The position numbers were made by a program, and so were the translations under genes. Below the pieces are notes generated by a model, which saw only the letters and a program-made list of their open reading frames with translations, did not search any database and was not told the origin of the DNA. Below, in pieces: positions 40,325 to 54,987 of a stretch of 64,000 nucleotides of DNA. The DNA is from Eledone cirrhosa. Its lineage: Eukaryota. Positions within the stretch are counted from its first letter, which is position 1. Each line of letters begins with the position of its first letter. The stretch spans positions 56,668,001-56,732,000 of the forward strand of contig OZ024746.1 of assembly GCA_964016885.1 (NCBI GenBank), in the 5' to 3' direction.

Positions 40325-40870
40325 GTGCGACGCCTTTCTCAGAAACGATCTGGGATGTCGACGAAATCGAAATGACCAGTCTGTTCCGGAGAAGCTTCGA
40401 GCCGGGGTCTATGGGCAACTTCCAAAAATCCCTAGCCTGGTTTGTTTCAGGGGACGCTGCTGATTCCAGACAAATTCTACTTGCACTTGGACTGACTAGT
40501 CCGAGAGGCACGCAGAACGAGAAAACTGCGTTCTGCCTGCATTACTGACTTGTGAATATTGCAATTGCCACATAAATGGGTCTACTCTGACCATGCATCT
40601 CTAGGCTGAATGATTTGGAGTGGAGAGGGGTGCCCTCCTTGGGTACGCTCGGAACGTCGGGTGGTTCGGGATTGGGGTTCCTGAGTCGCCCCTTTGTGGT
40701 CCTCTCTCCTATTGGTGAATTTTCATTATTGTAAATCTGTTGTCTATTAATTATTAGTTAATATGTTTTTAATCGATTTGATAGTAAACACACACACACT
40801 GCCCTTGTATATTGTATTGGCCCCTGTATCGCCATTGTGGCAAATAAATGAAACCTTTATTATTATCATT
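40325..40870 (+). mobile_element. Degraded Tx1-like 3' fragment
   Basis: DVDEIEMTSLFRRSFEPGSMGNFQKSLAW matches GVDENQLANLFGRTFGPGPMDNFQKSLAW of copy 1. A 3' UTR-like block ends in AATAAA and TTA repeats. Confidence 0.75.
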
Positions 40871-40909
40871 ATGAGGCATGTTGCCTAGTAATTGGTTCTG
40901 ATAATCAAT

Positions 40910-41957
40910 CGGATTGGCAGTATCGGTAGAGGGTCGGACACCATGCGTTGACGCATAGAGTTACGACCCTTGCAATTCCTTAGTCCAAATCTCGCCGAGG
41001 TTGACTTTGCCTTTCATCCTTACGGGGTCGATAAAATAAAGTACCAGTAATGCGCTTGGATAATTGCTGGCCTTGTGCCAAAAGTAGAAACAATTTTTAT
41101 TTTGGAGCGAAGGCGATGGATTGGCAGTATTGGTAGAGAGTTGGACGCCATGCTTTGCAGCATAGAGTTACGGCCCTCTATGATCTCAGTTCAAATCCCG
41201 CCGAGGTTAATTTGCCTTACATCCTTACGGGGTCGATAAAATGATGTACTAGTCACGCACTGGGGTTGATTTAATCGACTCCCCCTCCCGCCTGCCAAAT
41301 TGCTGGTCTTGTGCCTATATAAGAAACCATTATTATTATTATTATTATGAATGGTGGTGGATTGGCAGTATCAGTAGGCCGTAGGGAACCCTGCTTTATG
41401 GTATTAAGATACGTGCCTTTACGTGGTTAGCTTTATATCTCATCCTTATGGGGTAGGTAAAGTAAAGTACCAGTAACATATCGGGGTTGATTTAATCGTC
41501 ATTCCCTTGCGCTAAAATTACTGGCCTTGTGCCTAAATCAGATTTCAATAATGTCGGTGGATGGTTGTATCGGTAGAGCGTCGGGTACCCTTCTTCGTGG
41601 AATAGATTTACGGTGCTTTACCTTCGTAGATTATGGTGTTTTACGAGTTCAAATCTCGCCGAGGTTAGCTTTTCCTTTCTTACTTACGAGCTCGATAAAA
41701 TAAAGCACCTGTGAAGCACTGGAATCGATTTAATCAAATTTTCCCTCCCACCAAATTGTTGACCTTGTGCCTAGTCGATTGGCAATATCAGTAGAGCGTG
41801 AGACATTATTCTTTGTAGCATATATGTATGGCTCTTTCTAATCTGAGTTCAAATCCCGCCGAGGTTGACTTTGCCTTTCATCCTTACGGTGTCGATAACA
41901 CACAATACCGGTAATGCGCTGGGGTAATTACTGGCCTTGTGCCAAAAATAGAAACAA

Positions 41958-41959
<2 letters not shown>
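40910..41959 (+). mobile_element. Tandem array of five tRNA-derived SINEs
   Basis: Units at about 40910-41094, 41111-41330, 41353-41547, 41553-41773 and 41776-41959. Each has GATTGGCAGTAT.GGTAGAG-like, CATCCTTACGGGGTCGATAA-like and GGCCTTGTGCC-like blocks. Confidence 0.9.
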
Positions 41960-41989
<30 letters not shown>

Positions 41990-44900
41990 GGCGACCTACG
42001 TAGTAAATCGTATCATCGTGAGCTCCGCAAAGGTTTGTTATTTTCAGTTGTTCAAAATTGCCATTCATGGAAAATGATATTGTTAACTGTATATAAGTGC
42101 ACATACATTGTTATCTGAAAAGGACACCAAAAAAGATTGGGGCCTTGAGCCCAACATTTAACATTTTATAATTATCAAACAAACATTTTTTCTTTGAAAA
42201 ATCATGGCTGACTCAGAGTCACTCCTTTCTCACGAACTAACACCTCACACCGACACAACCATTGTAAATATGACTACGTTTGCCAACCCTAAAAGTATAA
42301 GCAGTTGCAATATTTTAAATTTGTCTCAGGCAGACATTCATTTCCCGCCATTACCAATGAATGCAGGTGTTAAAGCCGCCACCACCACCACCGCGACAAC
42401 CCCCCCCCCCCACCCCCACCACCGCGACAACAGAAACAAAAGGAAAAAATAAATTAACTCGTGATATCGAAATGAATTCAACCAAAATGAACTCTTCCAC
42501 ACTGAACACCACTGACGCCACCACCACCACAACTGAAACTAAAATTAATAATAACACAGATAACGATAAAAACAACAGCAACAATGACATTAAGAAAACC
42601 ACCCTGAGTTCTGCCAGAGTAGCAAAATAGTGCGAAGCATTTCAGGTAACTTAGGAGGAATTACAAGAAGCCAAAAGAATGGTAAAGAAAGATGGGTACA
42701 GGGTGAGCCCCCCCCCCCCCACACACACCTAATAAAATGGACCATCAGCGCCTATGCACCGTGTCTTATCGAACAATTAATATAAAATCGTGCCGAGTGG
42801 AACGGGCATCCGAGTCCCAAATCCATAAAGCTTTGGGACATGTGTGGGCAAAAAAAAACCCACATCAGACGTGGGCAGAAGTATGGAACCGTGGACGTGT
42901 TCTTTGAAACACCACAGAAGGCTAGAGAACACTCCATAGCCCCATTAAGAAGTGACGACTTCACACTCGTCCCAAGCTATTGTGGCCAGAGACTCGTAAA
43001 GATCAGGGTCACCCACGTCCAACCGGCCATCGAAATTCCCTGGCTAATAGCTGCCGTCCTCGCCGGCATCGAAGCCAACACAAAGATGATCGAAATAGCG
43101 AAAGAAAATCAGGAGAACTGGTCCGGATCTGGGATGGACCTCCTGATCCAAGCGGACCAAAAAAGCATGGAGGAGATCCCAGAGGTAATAGACCTCACTG
43201 ACGGCAGCCACCTCACCGTAATTGTCGAGGGCAGAAGGCCTAGGTGTGTCGTTTGTGGTGAAGGAACCCACCTAAGGGCTTTCTGCCCTCAGGCTAAAAG
43301 GATGAGGCCACCTCTCCTACCCACCCCAGTGACTCAAACATCAACACCACCGGCAGCAGAGATGGCAGCAACAACAGAAGCAGCTGTAACAGCAACAACC
43401 CCAGCAACAGTAGCAAAACCAACACCACCACCACCCAACTCGCCCGAACTAGCGCCAGCGCCTACACCATCCACCACGCCACAACCAAAACTAACGCTTG
43501 TGGAGGATTTTCCACTCCCCGGCCTGTCACAACTTGAAACAGATTGTGACGTCGAGGAGTGGTAAACGGTATCAGAAAAAAAGAAAAAAAGAAACCATAA
43601 AAGAAAACAAAATACAGAGGGAAACAAATAAACTATAAAAAAGAAAGTTAGGACAGATATGCCACCATCCACACCAGCATTACCACCCCATCACCCCAAA
43701 CACCAACACTATCACCATCATTAACCCCAACAGAACCATCACCTACACCACAAATGTCACCAAAAAGCGAAACAGAAACAAACCCACAACAAACGCAAAC
43801 AAAACAAAACAACCAAAACGATACACATTACACGGCATTAAATTTGAACAACAAGCAATTATTACACTACATCCAACACAACACCAGCATCACATAAAAA
43901 GACTACACAACAACCCAAAAATTCACACCACCTCCACACATACAAATCACTCGCATCACACAGAAAGCGTACATGACACTAAAACAAAAATTCCCCAAAG
44001 ACATCGGAGATTTCCAACAAGCACTCTCCAGGAGGATTTATAAGGACATCCTCCCTGACGAGGCCACAAGCAGTGAAAAGGGTGGAAAAACCGTCCTTCC
44101 TCTACGAGAAGTAAGGTTTAGTGGTCTTTCCCAACTTTTCCACTCCTTTTCAACATGAACTCACTCAGAATAGGCAGCATAAATGGGCGTGGCTTGGGTC
44201 GTCATGGGAGCAGGGCCACCTGCTCAACGACCTCAGGTCACTAAACATAGATGTAGTGGCCATCAGCGAGACCAGAATCTCCAAAGCACGGGCCTTCGCA
44301 CCGATCTTCGGCGGCTACGTTGTGTACGCATCTCCCAGCAGTCCGGGATCGGGGGGAGGAGTTGCTGTGCTTTTTCGGAGAGGTTTGGATCTTCCCATAC
44401 GGGCCATCTTCTTGGACCCAGAAGGTAAGTTGGTGGTGCTGGACGTGACCAGCGGAGACGGGCAAGATTTCAGGTTAGTGGCCGTCTATGCCCCGACAGG
44501 AGCAGGGCGGCCTGATTTCTTCCGGCGTCTAGGGACCTTTCTTGGAACGTCCCGCTCTTTAGTGTTAGTGGGCGACTGGAACAGGATCTTAGATGCACGC
44601 TGGGATTGTGTGGATTAGTGGATAGGGAAGGAGGGTGCAAGAGCCTCACCAACCTGCTCAGGCGTTTTGAACTGTCTGACAGGTACCGATTGGATTTCCC
44701 GAATGTACAAATGTGAACTTGGACAAATCGCATAGTGTCATCCAGACCATATCTAGATAGAGTATTTTGTAGGGAAATAGATAGGTCTAACATAGGCTGT
44801 CCACAATTCAAGATCGTCAGCTACACGGACCACAGATTCGTGAACTGTGTGCTTGACTTAGATAGGCTTCATAGACGAGGACCCGGCTACTGGAAGCTAA

Positions 44901-47654
44901 ACGCGTCCTTACCAGCGCGCAAGGCCTACAGAGACCGGATTAGCGAACTAGTTAAGCGGGCGTTGACGGGGGCCATTGTCAACAACAAGTGGTGGTTTGC
45001 TCTGAAAAGAGCAATTAGACTAGAGTCCATTAGGTTTAGTAAGGCTTTAGCAATAGAGAAAAATAGAGCAGAGGGAGAATTAGTTAGAAAATTAGACGAG
45101 GCGTTTTGCAAAGACATAGCGACCGACCTACTTGCGTCGAAATTGGCCCTTGACCAATGCAAAGCACGATGGCTACGTTGTCAGAGCTAGTGTGCATGCT
45201 CTCAGACACGAGGGGACGAAAGCCGTTCAATGGGTCCGAGTGGCGGAGGCGCGTCGTGGCAACAAAGCCACGATCGGGTCTTTGGTGGACAACGACGGGC
45301 GCATGCTACTCGATCCCGGGCAAATGTGTGAAGCTTTTCAGCGACACTTCGCTCAACTTTCGGGGGCAGTGGCGGGCCGGATCGAGGGATGGACTTTAGT
45401 GTCTACTTCGACGGACTGCCGCGGCTCTCGGCTACTGAGGCGGAGTGTAGCGGACGTCTACTGCAATTGGCAACAGAACAGGAAAATTCCCAGCTCTGTG
45501 AGCCGAGGAGCGGTGGCGCTGCTGAGAAAGGATCCGAACAAGGGGGATAACATAGATAATTTTAGGCCCATGACTCAGCTAAACACAGATTTCAAGATTT
45601 TAGCCAAGGTGCTAGCAAAGAGGTTGGCGCTTGTTGGGGGTCTGGTGGGAGAGACGCAGACATGCGCCATTCCCGACAGATCCATCCACGACAACCTCCA
45701 CCTCATGCGATACATCGTAGAGAGGGTAGCTAGAGAACCTGGCAATTTAGATCAGTCGAAAGCCTTCGATAGGGTCGACCATTTTTACCTAGCGGCAGTC
45801 CTGAGGGCGGCTGGCTTTGTGCCCGTCTTCAGAGGCTGGATCGCTGCCATGCACAGTGACACCTGCTCTGTAGTGAGAGTGAACGGTCACCCTTTCGGAA
45901 CCGTTCAACATCATGCGCTCGGTCCGACCAGGATTTCCCTCTCGTCCCTCTTGTACGTATCGATTCTTGAGCCATTACTGCACAAACTGGAGACGTTGAG
46001 GGGGTCCCGCGCGAACTAGGATGCGGAAGATCCGTGTCAGCATATGCCGACGATGTCACCGTAGTGGTGTCGAACGCCAAACACATCGAGGCGATCGGCA
46101 CTACACTAAGAGAATACGAAGCGGTGACAGGAGCAATGATTAACCAGGAAATGTCAGTGGGCCTGCAGCTCGGCACCTGGAGGGGCAGGTCCATGCCGTC
46201 CAACAGCGTCGTCGGACGCTGGACGGACGGACCGGTTAAATTGCTAGGGGTCTGGTTCGGTCCGGACCTCCAGACGAACAAAAACTGGGACGAGGTGACG
46301 AGCAGGGTGGCTTCTGTCACCCAGAAATGGGCGGAGTGGAAGCTATCCCTGAAAGGTCGAGCGGAGGTGGCTAACGCGTACATCGCGTCTGTCATCTGCT
46401 ACCGCCTGACCGCCGTACCATGTCCTAAGCCTCGCCTGACTGCGCTGGAGCATTTGCTCTTTCGTTTTTTGTGGAAGGGACGCGCTCCGATGGTCAGGCG
46501 GTCCATCTGTTGTCAACACCCGCTACGTGGAGGGCTGGGAATGCCGTGGCTGATGATGCGCAGGCACGCGCTCATGCTACGACATCTCCACCTCTTCCTC
46601 GACGGTGATCAGTTGTGGTCGCCGTTTGCTAGACACGTATTTCCCCAGCTCGTTTCCTTGACGGAGCTGCAGTCCTGGGTCAAGCGAAGACCGAGAGGGA
46701 GCGCCTGGAGACTGGAATGTCTTCAGGCGCTCACAGCCCTCGACCAATCGGGCAATGTGATCGGTGGAAACTCCACCTCGGCGTTCTATAGAGGTTTAGT
46801 GGAGGGGAAGAGCGACGACGTACTTGGGGAAACTCTAGGCGTCGACGAAAATCAACTAGCCAATCTCTTCGGAAGGAGTTTCGGGCTGGTGCATATGGAC
46901 AACTTCCAGAAATCCCTGGCCTGGCAGTGCTACCGAGGAGCCTTGCCAGTTCGGGATAACCTCTACAGGCATGGAGGTGCCGTCAGCCGGGCATGTCCGA
47001 GATGCGCGCAGGGCGACGAAAGCGTCCTGCACGCACTCGTCCAGTGTCCGAAAATTGCTGACTTGTGGGTATGTCGAATACCTGCTGTCGCGTTTAGGAT
47101 GGATCCGACTATCATCTGAGTCCATCGTGAGGATTACCCCGCCCTCCTTCTTTAGCCGGGAAGGGCAGGCAATTTTTATCTGTCTGGTGGCCATGGCGAA
47201 AGAGATAGCATGGTGGACATGTTTGAAAGGGCTGAAGACGAGCACTTACCTCTTCGGTGATGCTCTGATTGACTTTTTCAAATTTCATTTGAAAAGGAAA
47301 ATCAGAGTAGAGAGGGAAGTGCTCTCTTCCCAGCATTTTGTTGAAAGATGGATGAGAGAAGCACGAATGGCCCGAGTATATATCTGGTCTGAGTATATAT
47401 CCGTAAATTAAAGGTGGAAAACTGGGAGAGGGCACTTGCCTTGGTGGTCAGGATCATTGTGGCCTTTTACTGGGCTTTCTCCACAAATGTCCCTCCGAAG
47501 TCTCCTCCCTATTGCGGAAATTTTCATTGTTATTTTTTGTTACATCCTCTGTTTTTGTTTTTTACACGCAGAAATGCCCTTTTGTACCGTCCTGTATTGT
47601 CCTGCACTGTCCCTAATGTCTACTTTATGTAAACCCTTGTGGTTAATAAAGAAA

Positions 47655-47656
<2 letters not shown>
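41990..47656 (+). mobile_element. Full-length Tx1/L1-like LINE, copy 3 (ORF1 about 42204-44150, ORF2 about 44155-47408, both disrupted)
   Basis: Reverse complement of copies 1 and 2. It starts GGCGACCTACGTAG, with (ATT)n at 41960-41989 and 47657-47736 and a small internal deletion near 45448. Confidence 0.95.
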
Positions 47657-47737
<81 letters not shown>

Positions 47738-48087
47738 TATATATTCCGGCTTTAATGTTATTTTTACCCTCTTACGATATTTTTGGAATAATTTGAGTCA
47801 ATTCGATTATTAAGATTTCGTGGTTATACTTGATGCTCTTCTTGAATAGTATTGATTCCATTCGAACTGTTGTTTTTGTTGTTGTCAATATTATGGATTG
47901 AAAACATTTCCAATTTTATCATCGTTACAGATTGATTTATGACTTAATGTTTTCCTGTGGAAATAAAATGTTTTATTAGAAGAGAAATTGCACGTCGATT
48001 TTCCTCTGTATATGCACACGTTCGCTCTCATACTCTCATCTCTGTTTCTCTTCTCAGCGTATACGCATGCATAAACGCACACCCATT

Positions 48088-48199
<112 letters not shown>

Positions 48200-48252
48200 C
48201 ATATATATATATAATATATAAATAATATATTTAATATAATATATATATATAC

Positions 48253-48355
<103 letters not shown>

Positions 48356-48937
48356 CACATATATATACACATATATATATACATATATATATATACACGC
48401 ATATATTTAATATATAATATATATATATGCGTCTGTGTTTATGTATGCCTATATAGCTATATATATCTATATAGTTGATAATATTTATGCATACATACAT
48501 ACCTTCCTCTCTACGTACCTGCATGCATATGTGCATTCACACATCCATCCATACATACATACATACATACATGCATACATACATACATACATACATACAT
48601 ACATACATACATAAAAGTGCATTCATTTGTTCCCATGTTTAAACGTATGTATATGCACTTAAATTCTTTCTGCACCATTTTACATATTTAGAATGTTCAA
48701 TATATGCAATATCTTCTTGATGGTTAGCCTTAGTTCAGCTCTGCGCACATATTCAAGCGGACACATATTCAAATGTGGGCGTTCAAAAAACGCCAATTTT
48801 TTTAATTTTCTGTAAATGTATGGTGTATACCATATGCTACAAGTTAATCTGTGAATTTACAAAGATTTAGCGGCTACGTTTAGCAAATTAAGATTCCCCA
48901 TATACAGTCATATATTTTCTCCGTATACAGTTTGTAT

Positions 48938-49200
48938 GGTGAGGCAGGTGGCCTAGTGGTAAGGGTGTTGGACTTAAAATCATAATGTCGTGGGTTCGAT
49001 ACCTGGCTGGTCTGCTTGTTGTGTTCTTCAACAAAAACACATCATTTCACGTTGCTCAAGTTTACTCAGCAGAAAATATTTACCAGCAATAGCAGGTCCT
49101 TAACCCTTGCGATGGAGTGGCATCCTGTCCAGAGGGAAGTCTTGTAATCTCAGTCATGCCACGGAATCCGGTATAAACACCAGCCCAATGAGCCTTCGAG
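48938..49200 (+). mobile_element. Second tRNA-derived SINE family
   Basis: A-box TGGCCTAGTGG and B-box GGTTCGATACC, followed by a body containing CCCTTGCGATGGAGTGGCATCCTGTCCAG. Confidence 0.75.
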
Positions 49201-50759
49201 CTCAAGACAGTATGTATACTTGCTGAATAATAAATACTTTCTCGACATCCACTGTTGATATTTTGAAAAAGTGTAACCCTGCTCAATGCTTAAGAGATCT
49301 CTAACTACATTGTCATACATACTTCAAATGTTTGATTTCCCATCGCCGCCACTCGATTCACGCCATGTGATTGAAAGTGGATTGACAGAAACTGTACGGA
49401 TGCCCATCGGATATGCAGTAACAGTAATTAAAAAAACAATCTTTTCACACAATATGAAAGCCGAATATTTCTGAGAATTACAGTAACATCATACATCTCA
49501 ATTGAATTCTCAGACATTTGTATGTGAAATACATAAGCAGGATGTACCATTGATCCTTAAACAGGAATGCCGTAGTGCATTTTTAAGGAGTTAATAAGGA
49601 GTTAAATGACTGAATATACAATTCTCACTCTTTGAATTGGACGATAGTTTCTCACAAGGAAAGCATTCAAATACGGGTATTTCTGCTACGCTAGTATTGT
49701 AGCTGGAATAAAATAAATGACTGGAATAAAATGCATGACGCTCTGCCTGTTCCTTCCATTGAACCTATAACTTTACGAAAGAGAACCGACTTCCATAATA
49801 ACTTAGCCACGTGCCTTCTCATCTAGTACTCTATCGTTATGCTGTATAAATGTGTGCACATATGTGTGTATATGCATGTATGTGAATATATGCGTGTTAT
49901 TGTGTTTGTGACTCACCGTTTCTAGACTGTCTTATTAAAGATGTTATATATACTAATGTTTTTATTCCGTATTCTTAATTCGCCGCAAGGTGTAACTTGA
50001 GTAATAATGATTAAATACACAACATGACTCTCTGAAGAGGAGTCGCAGAAATAGTAAAGTGTTCCTGCCAAAGGAACCATCCATCCGAAATTATGCGATC
50101 TTCCATTAATTCCACAACAGACCATATTGGATAGATTCCAGTCCTCGAAAATATCAACCAATTTTCTCACTTCATAAGTGTCGTCTTATCATCAAATTGA
50201 TATGACGATATGTGTGTGTTCGTATGGGCGTGCAATTTCGTACACTCTGTTTGCCTGTGTATTTATGTGTTTATTTGTATGTATATATGTTTGTGTGTGT
50301 TATTTGTCACTGTATGTACGCTTGTGTTTCTGCAAATTTGAATGTTTTCAAATGCGTTTATGCGTGTCTGTTTGTGTGTGGATTTCTGTATGTAGGTATA
50401 TGTGTGTTTGACAGATTATATGTACCCATATATGCTTATCTATGTGTGGTGTTAATGTCGATAACAATGTCTGACTGACTGCGTGTGTATGTATATGTTT
50501 GTGTGTGTGTGTTTTTGTGAAATAACATATATTCTCATCTATACTGACGTCATTTTAGTTTCAGGCAGCATTTGATAATAATAATGATAATAGGACGAGT
50601 AATAATAATCATGATGGTTATAATAATTTGAACGATGTTATTTCTATCAGTACCTAATGGTTTATATAAAAGAAACGAATAGAGTGGTGGTTCTAAAAGA
50701 ACGCCATCATGAACAAAGTAGGGCTTTTTAAACACAACAACAACGACATCAACAAAAAT

Positions 50760-51065
50760 AAATGATATTAATATTCCCTTTGTAAGTCTTTTTATTATAT
50801 TAATATTCCATTTTGTAAGGCTTTACTAGCAATCGGTTGGTTACTAGGTGCAGCGTTTTAATTGATCACAGACCGGTCCCCGGTGTCAGAGGCTCAATAC
50901 TTTGCATAGGAGTCTGGTAGTGAAGGTGATGATAGAAAAGTCGTCAGTGTCTATGAAGTAGGTATCCCAACGCTTTTCATGAAAGACGTAGGACATTTGG
51001 GGAGCCACAGACGATTGGCCTCACTTCTGTCTGAGCATAGTGATTAGGTCTAATAGCACCTGCAA
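50760..51065 (-). mobile_element. Possible highly degraded R4/Dong-type 3' fragment
   Basis: Minus-strand pieces EVRPIVCGS and TTRLLCKVLSL-stop resemble the endonuclease C-terminus (VPIVISALG..TARTLRYVL). Confidence 0.4.
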
Positions 51066-52037
51066 GGTCTGCATACTTATTGATCATTTTCATTTCCCTT
51101 TCAGCCACATATCTGTGTTTTTCTCTCTGTGTGTATGTCTGTATGTGTGCAGACCGAAAATACCATAATTCTGAGAAGTGCCCTATATATGGTATGGTAT
51201 AGAGTGGTTATATTAGTGAAAGTTGAAGATCGGGCGCGAGATCGGTGATTTCGGTTTAGTTACCTTTGTAGCCTTCGTCAAGTAAGACTCTCGAATTTAA
51301 GAAAAATGAATGGAGGGAAGTGAGAAAACGAAGTAGAATGATAGAAGAGGAACAAATAATGGAGGTGAACTAACTAGTCGATTTAGGAGGACCCTAATAA
51401 AAGCTATTTATATATTAAAGTGCTAGAAAGGCCAGCACATACCATAAACTACCTGATCAGTAAAGCTTACCCCTTTAAGAAAACCCACTGTACAAATAAG
51501 AAATCTGATGTATGTAGAGTAAGTCCACAAATAATTAGTAAAAGTAGAAACGTAGTCTCTAGCATAGAATAGATGAACACTGGAATGAACGAAAGGGACA
51601 AAAATACAATTCAGTTCTATATGAACACGCCAGACAAATTCATGATAATAAAATAGAGAACATACGATTTAAACTAATATATAAACATAGGAATGACTCG
51701 ACACTTAGATAAATTAGAGAGGGTAAAGGAAGAGAATTAAAAAAACCTAGGCTGAACAGAAAATATGAGTGGGATAGCACGACCCACATACAAACAAATA
51801 CTAGCGACCGAAGATAGAATATAAACACATAAACACACGCTGACAAAGACAGAACACACTAGCACACACCAAACTGAATACACGCACACAAACGCTTGCA
51901 TAAAGAGACAACAAAAAAAAAGCGTTATAGAGACACGACAGGAGGAAACACAACGATAATCACTGAAGATATCACGAAAATGTGTGACAAAAGAACTTCG
52001 ATAAATTATATTTATATTTATTATTTTAACTGTTTGT

Positions 52038-52211
52038 AACGTCCGGTAGATGGTCGGAGGCCATGCTTTGCAGCAAAGAGTTACGGCCTTTTATGGTCTG
52101 AGTTCAAATCCCGCCGAGGCTAACTTTGCCTTTCATCCTTACGGGTCGATAAAATAAAGTACCAGTAATGTACTGGGGAATTGCTGGCCTTGTGCCAAAA
52201 GTAGAAACAAA
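52038..52211 (+). mobile_element. 5'-truncated SINE with 16 bp TSD
   Basis: TATTTTAACTGTTTGT occurs at 52022-52037 and 52212-52227. The SINE body is as in the other copies. Confidence 0.88.
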
Positions 52212-52783
52212 TATTTTAACTGTTTGTTAATCAATGATAAACATTGATTGTCAGCGAAATAATTTATAAATATAAACATTGACTGAAGCGGAAACAAAAC
52301 CAAACAATGAGTGGCTTTTACTATTCTTTGGCAAAATTAGGACAACATAACCCTCCCCAAATATAACAATTCTTTATAAACATTCAAAGAAATGCGGACA
52401 TGATATGGTAAATAGGAAGAATCATTAGAACGCCGAATCTTATGCTTCATGTTATGTTTTCCGGTTCTTTGCGCAATGAGTTCAAACATTATCGAATTCA
52501 AATGTGACTGAGAATAATGTCGAAGCCTAAGCTGTTCGGAGGTATATTTTCAGTCGCTTTCTTTTCTATTTTCAATTTCGTAACATGCTCCACACACACT
52601 TAACCCTCCTGAAATAGTTGGACTAAAACAAGATAGCAGCTGAGGCTTCAGCATTCATTGGATTGAAAATGGCTGGGTCGATCTTTGAATGGTGACTTGA
52701 GGCAGGATTTCAGAACAAACAGAGATGTGACACATTGTATTCCAAAGCATTCCATGCGACTCCGATCTTGGACAAGTACGCTA

Positions 52784-52813
52784 TACTACTACTACAAATA
52801 ATGCTGCTGCTGA

Positions 52814-52867
<54 letters not shown>

Positions 52868-52869
52868 CA

Positions 52870-52903
<34 letters not shown>

Positions 52904-52905
52904 CA

Positions 52906-52936
<31 letters not shown>

Positions 52937-52938
52937 CA

Positions 52939-53010
<72 letters not shown>
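52784..53010. repeat. (CTA)n/(CCA) followed by (TAA)n compound microsatellite
   Basis: Seen directly in the sequence. Confidence 0.97.
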
Positions 53011-53761
53011 TAAATACAAATATGATTGCTATCATTATTATTATCTACGTAGTAAAATAAGTACAACCTTCTCTATATTAATACGACTTAGATAAAACAT
53101 ATTTTAAAAATATATATTAAAACATAAAAAATAAAAAAAAATATTATGTTACTGCCTCTTAGTAAAGCATTAAAAAATGTTATTTCAAAAGAGAATGGAA
53201 AATATTCTATCCATTGCTAAGTGGTTATTAAATGCCAAAACTAGATTTTCATCATCGATATAGAATTCATATTGTTGTTTCTAGTCGGCCATTCTTACTT
53301 AATTCTGTTTATTGTGTTCTATATATTTTTGATATTTATTATATTTTATATGTATTATGTAATGATTTATTATTGTTTTTTTTTTGTGTTGTTGTCTTCG
53401 TTGTTGTTTGTTTAGCTTATATTATTTATTGGTTCGTGTTTTTGTGTGTTTTTACTTTATATTTTGGCTTGTATTGTTTTGTTACGTTTTATGTTTAAAA
53501 AAAAAATGGCGGCAATATGTTTTATTATATGTTCCAGACATCGTAGAGACGTTCCAATTCGTCATTGGATGAATACAGACACACATATATGAAGATACAC
53601 ACACATATGCAAGCATATGTGGGCGCACGCAAACACATTCTATACACACAATCGTTCACCTACGCTACTGCATTGTCTGGCGCTCTCACGCATATAAAAA
53701 CACACATAGACACACTTATATAGATACACACATTCACACATACACACACATTATTTATATA

Positions 53762-53827
<66 letters not shown>

Positions 53828-53972
53828 CGTATGTGTGTGTATGGGTGCGTGTGTACGTGTGTAAATGAGTGTGTGTGTATCTCCCTTTTAGAAACTGATC
53901 CATTCTATTGACAATAGTTTGTTGTCTCTATAATGGAAGTTGTAGGTGCCATACATAATGCGTTTTCCCAAC

Positions 53973-54039
<67 letters not shown>

Positions 54040-54135
54040 CACATTTATATATAGAAATAAATATATATGTACATATATACATATATATATAATATACATA
54101 TACATTTATTCATACATATATATATATATATAGAA

Positions 54136-54178
<43 letters not shown>

Positions 54179-54219
54179 TATACACACACGCGCTCGCGCA
54201 CACACACACTCATATATAA

Positions 54220-54287
<68 letters not shown>

Positions 54288-54331
54288 AATGAAAGGTATA
54301 GAAAACACTGCAGCGAAAAGCGAACAGCATT

Positions 54332-54386
<55 letters not shown>

Positions 54387-54837
54387 AGTAATCCACTGCC
54401 TAATTGCCCCCATATCAATGTGACATTTATAATATTTCAATGTTAGAGGCATTGTGCATTAGATGGTGTATACGAATTTTTTTCCTTCTGTATGTTAATG
54501 TTAAAATACATACTCTCTTTTGTACAACTATCTATTGAATCTCTTAGATTTTGAACAAGAATCGAAAAATCTATTCGTCTGACTTGCTACTTCATTGGCA
54601 GTCAAAAAAATCTTTAGGTATTATTACTACTTCGCTTTGAACGTAACCTGATCGTCGCAATGGAACCGTACATTACTACGGAGACAGCAGCTGAAATATT
54701 ACCGCATGGATGACGAAATACGCAAGCTCGTTTCAGGCATAACATAAGGAGTTTATTGTTTATTATTAGCCGTATCGATATATATATATATATGCGTGTG
54801 CGTGTGTGTGTAAGTATATAGATATAGATATATGTAT

Positions 54838-54868
<31 letters not shown>

Positions 54869-54869
54869 C

Positions 54870-54987
<118 letters not shown>

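Noticed and set aside
48938-49010. tRNA-like sequence with A and B boxes
   Set aside because: No convincing cloverleaf or terminator, and it continues into a SINE body.
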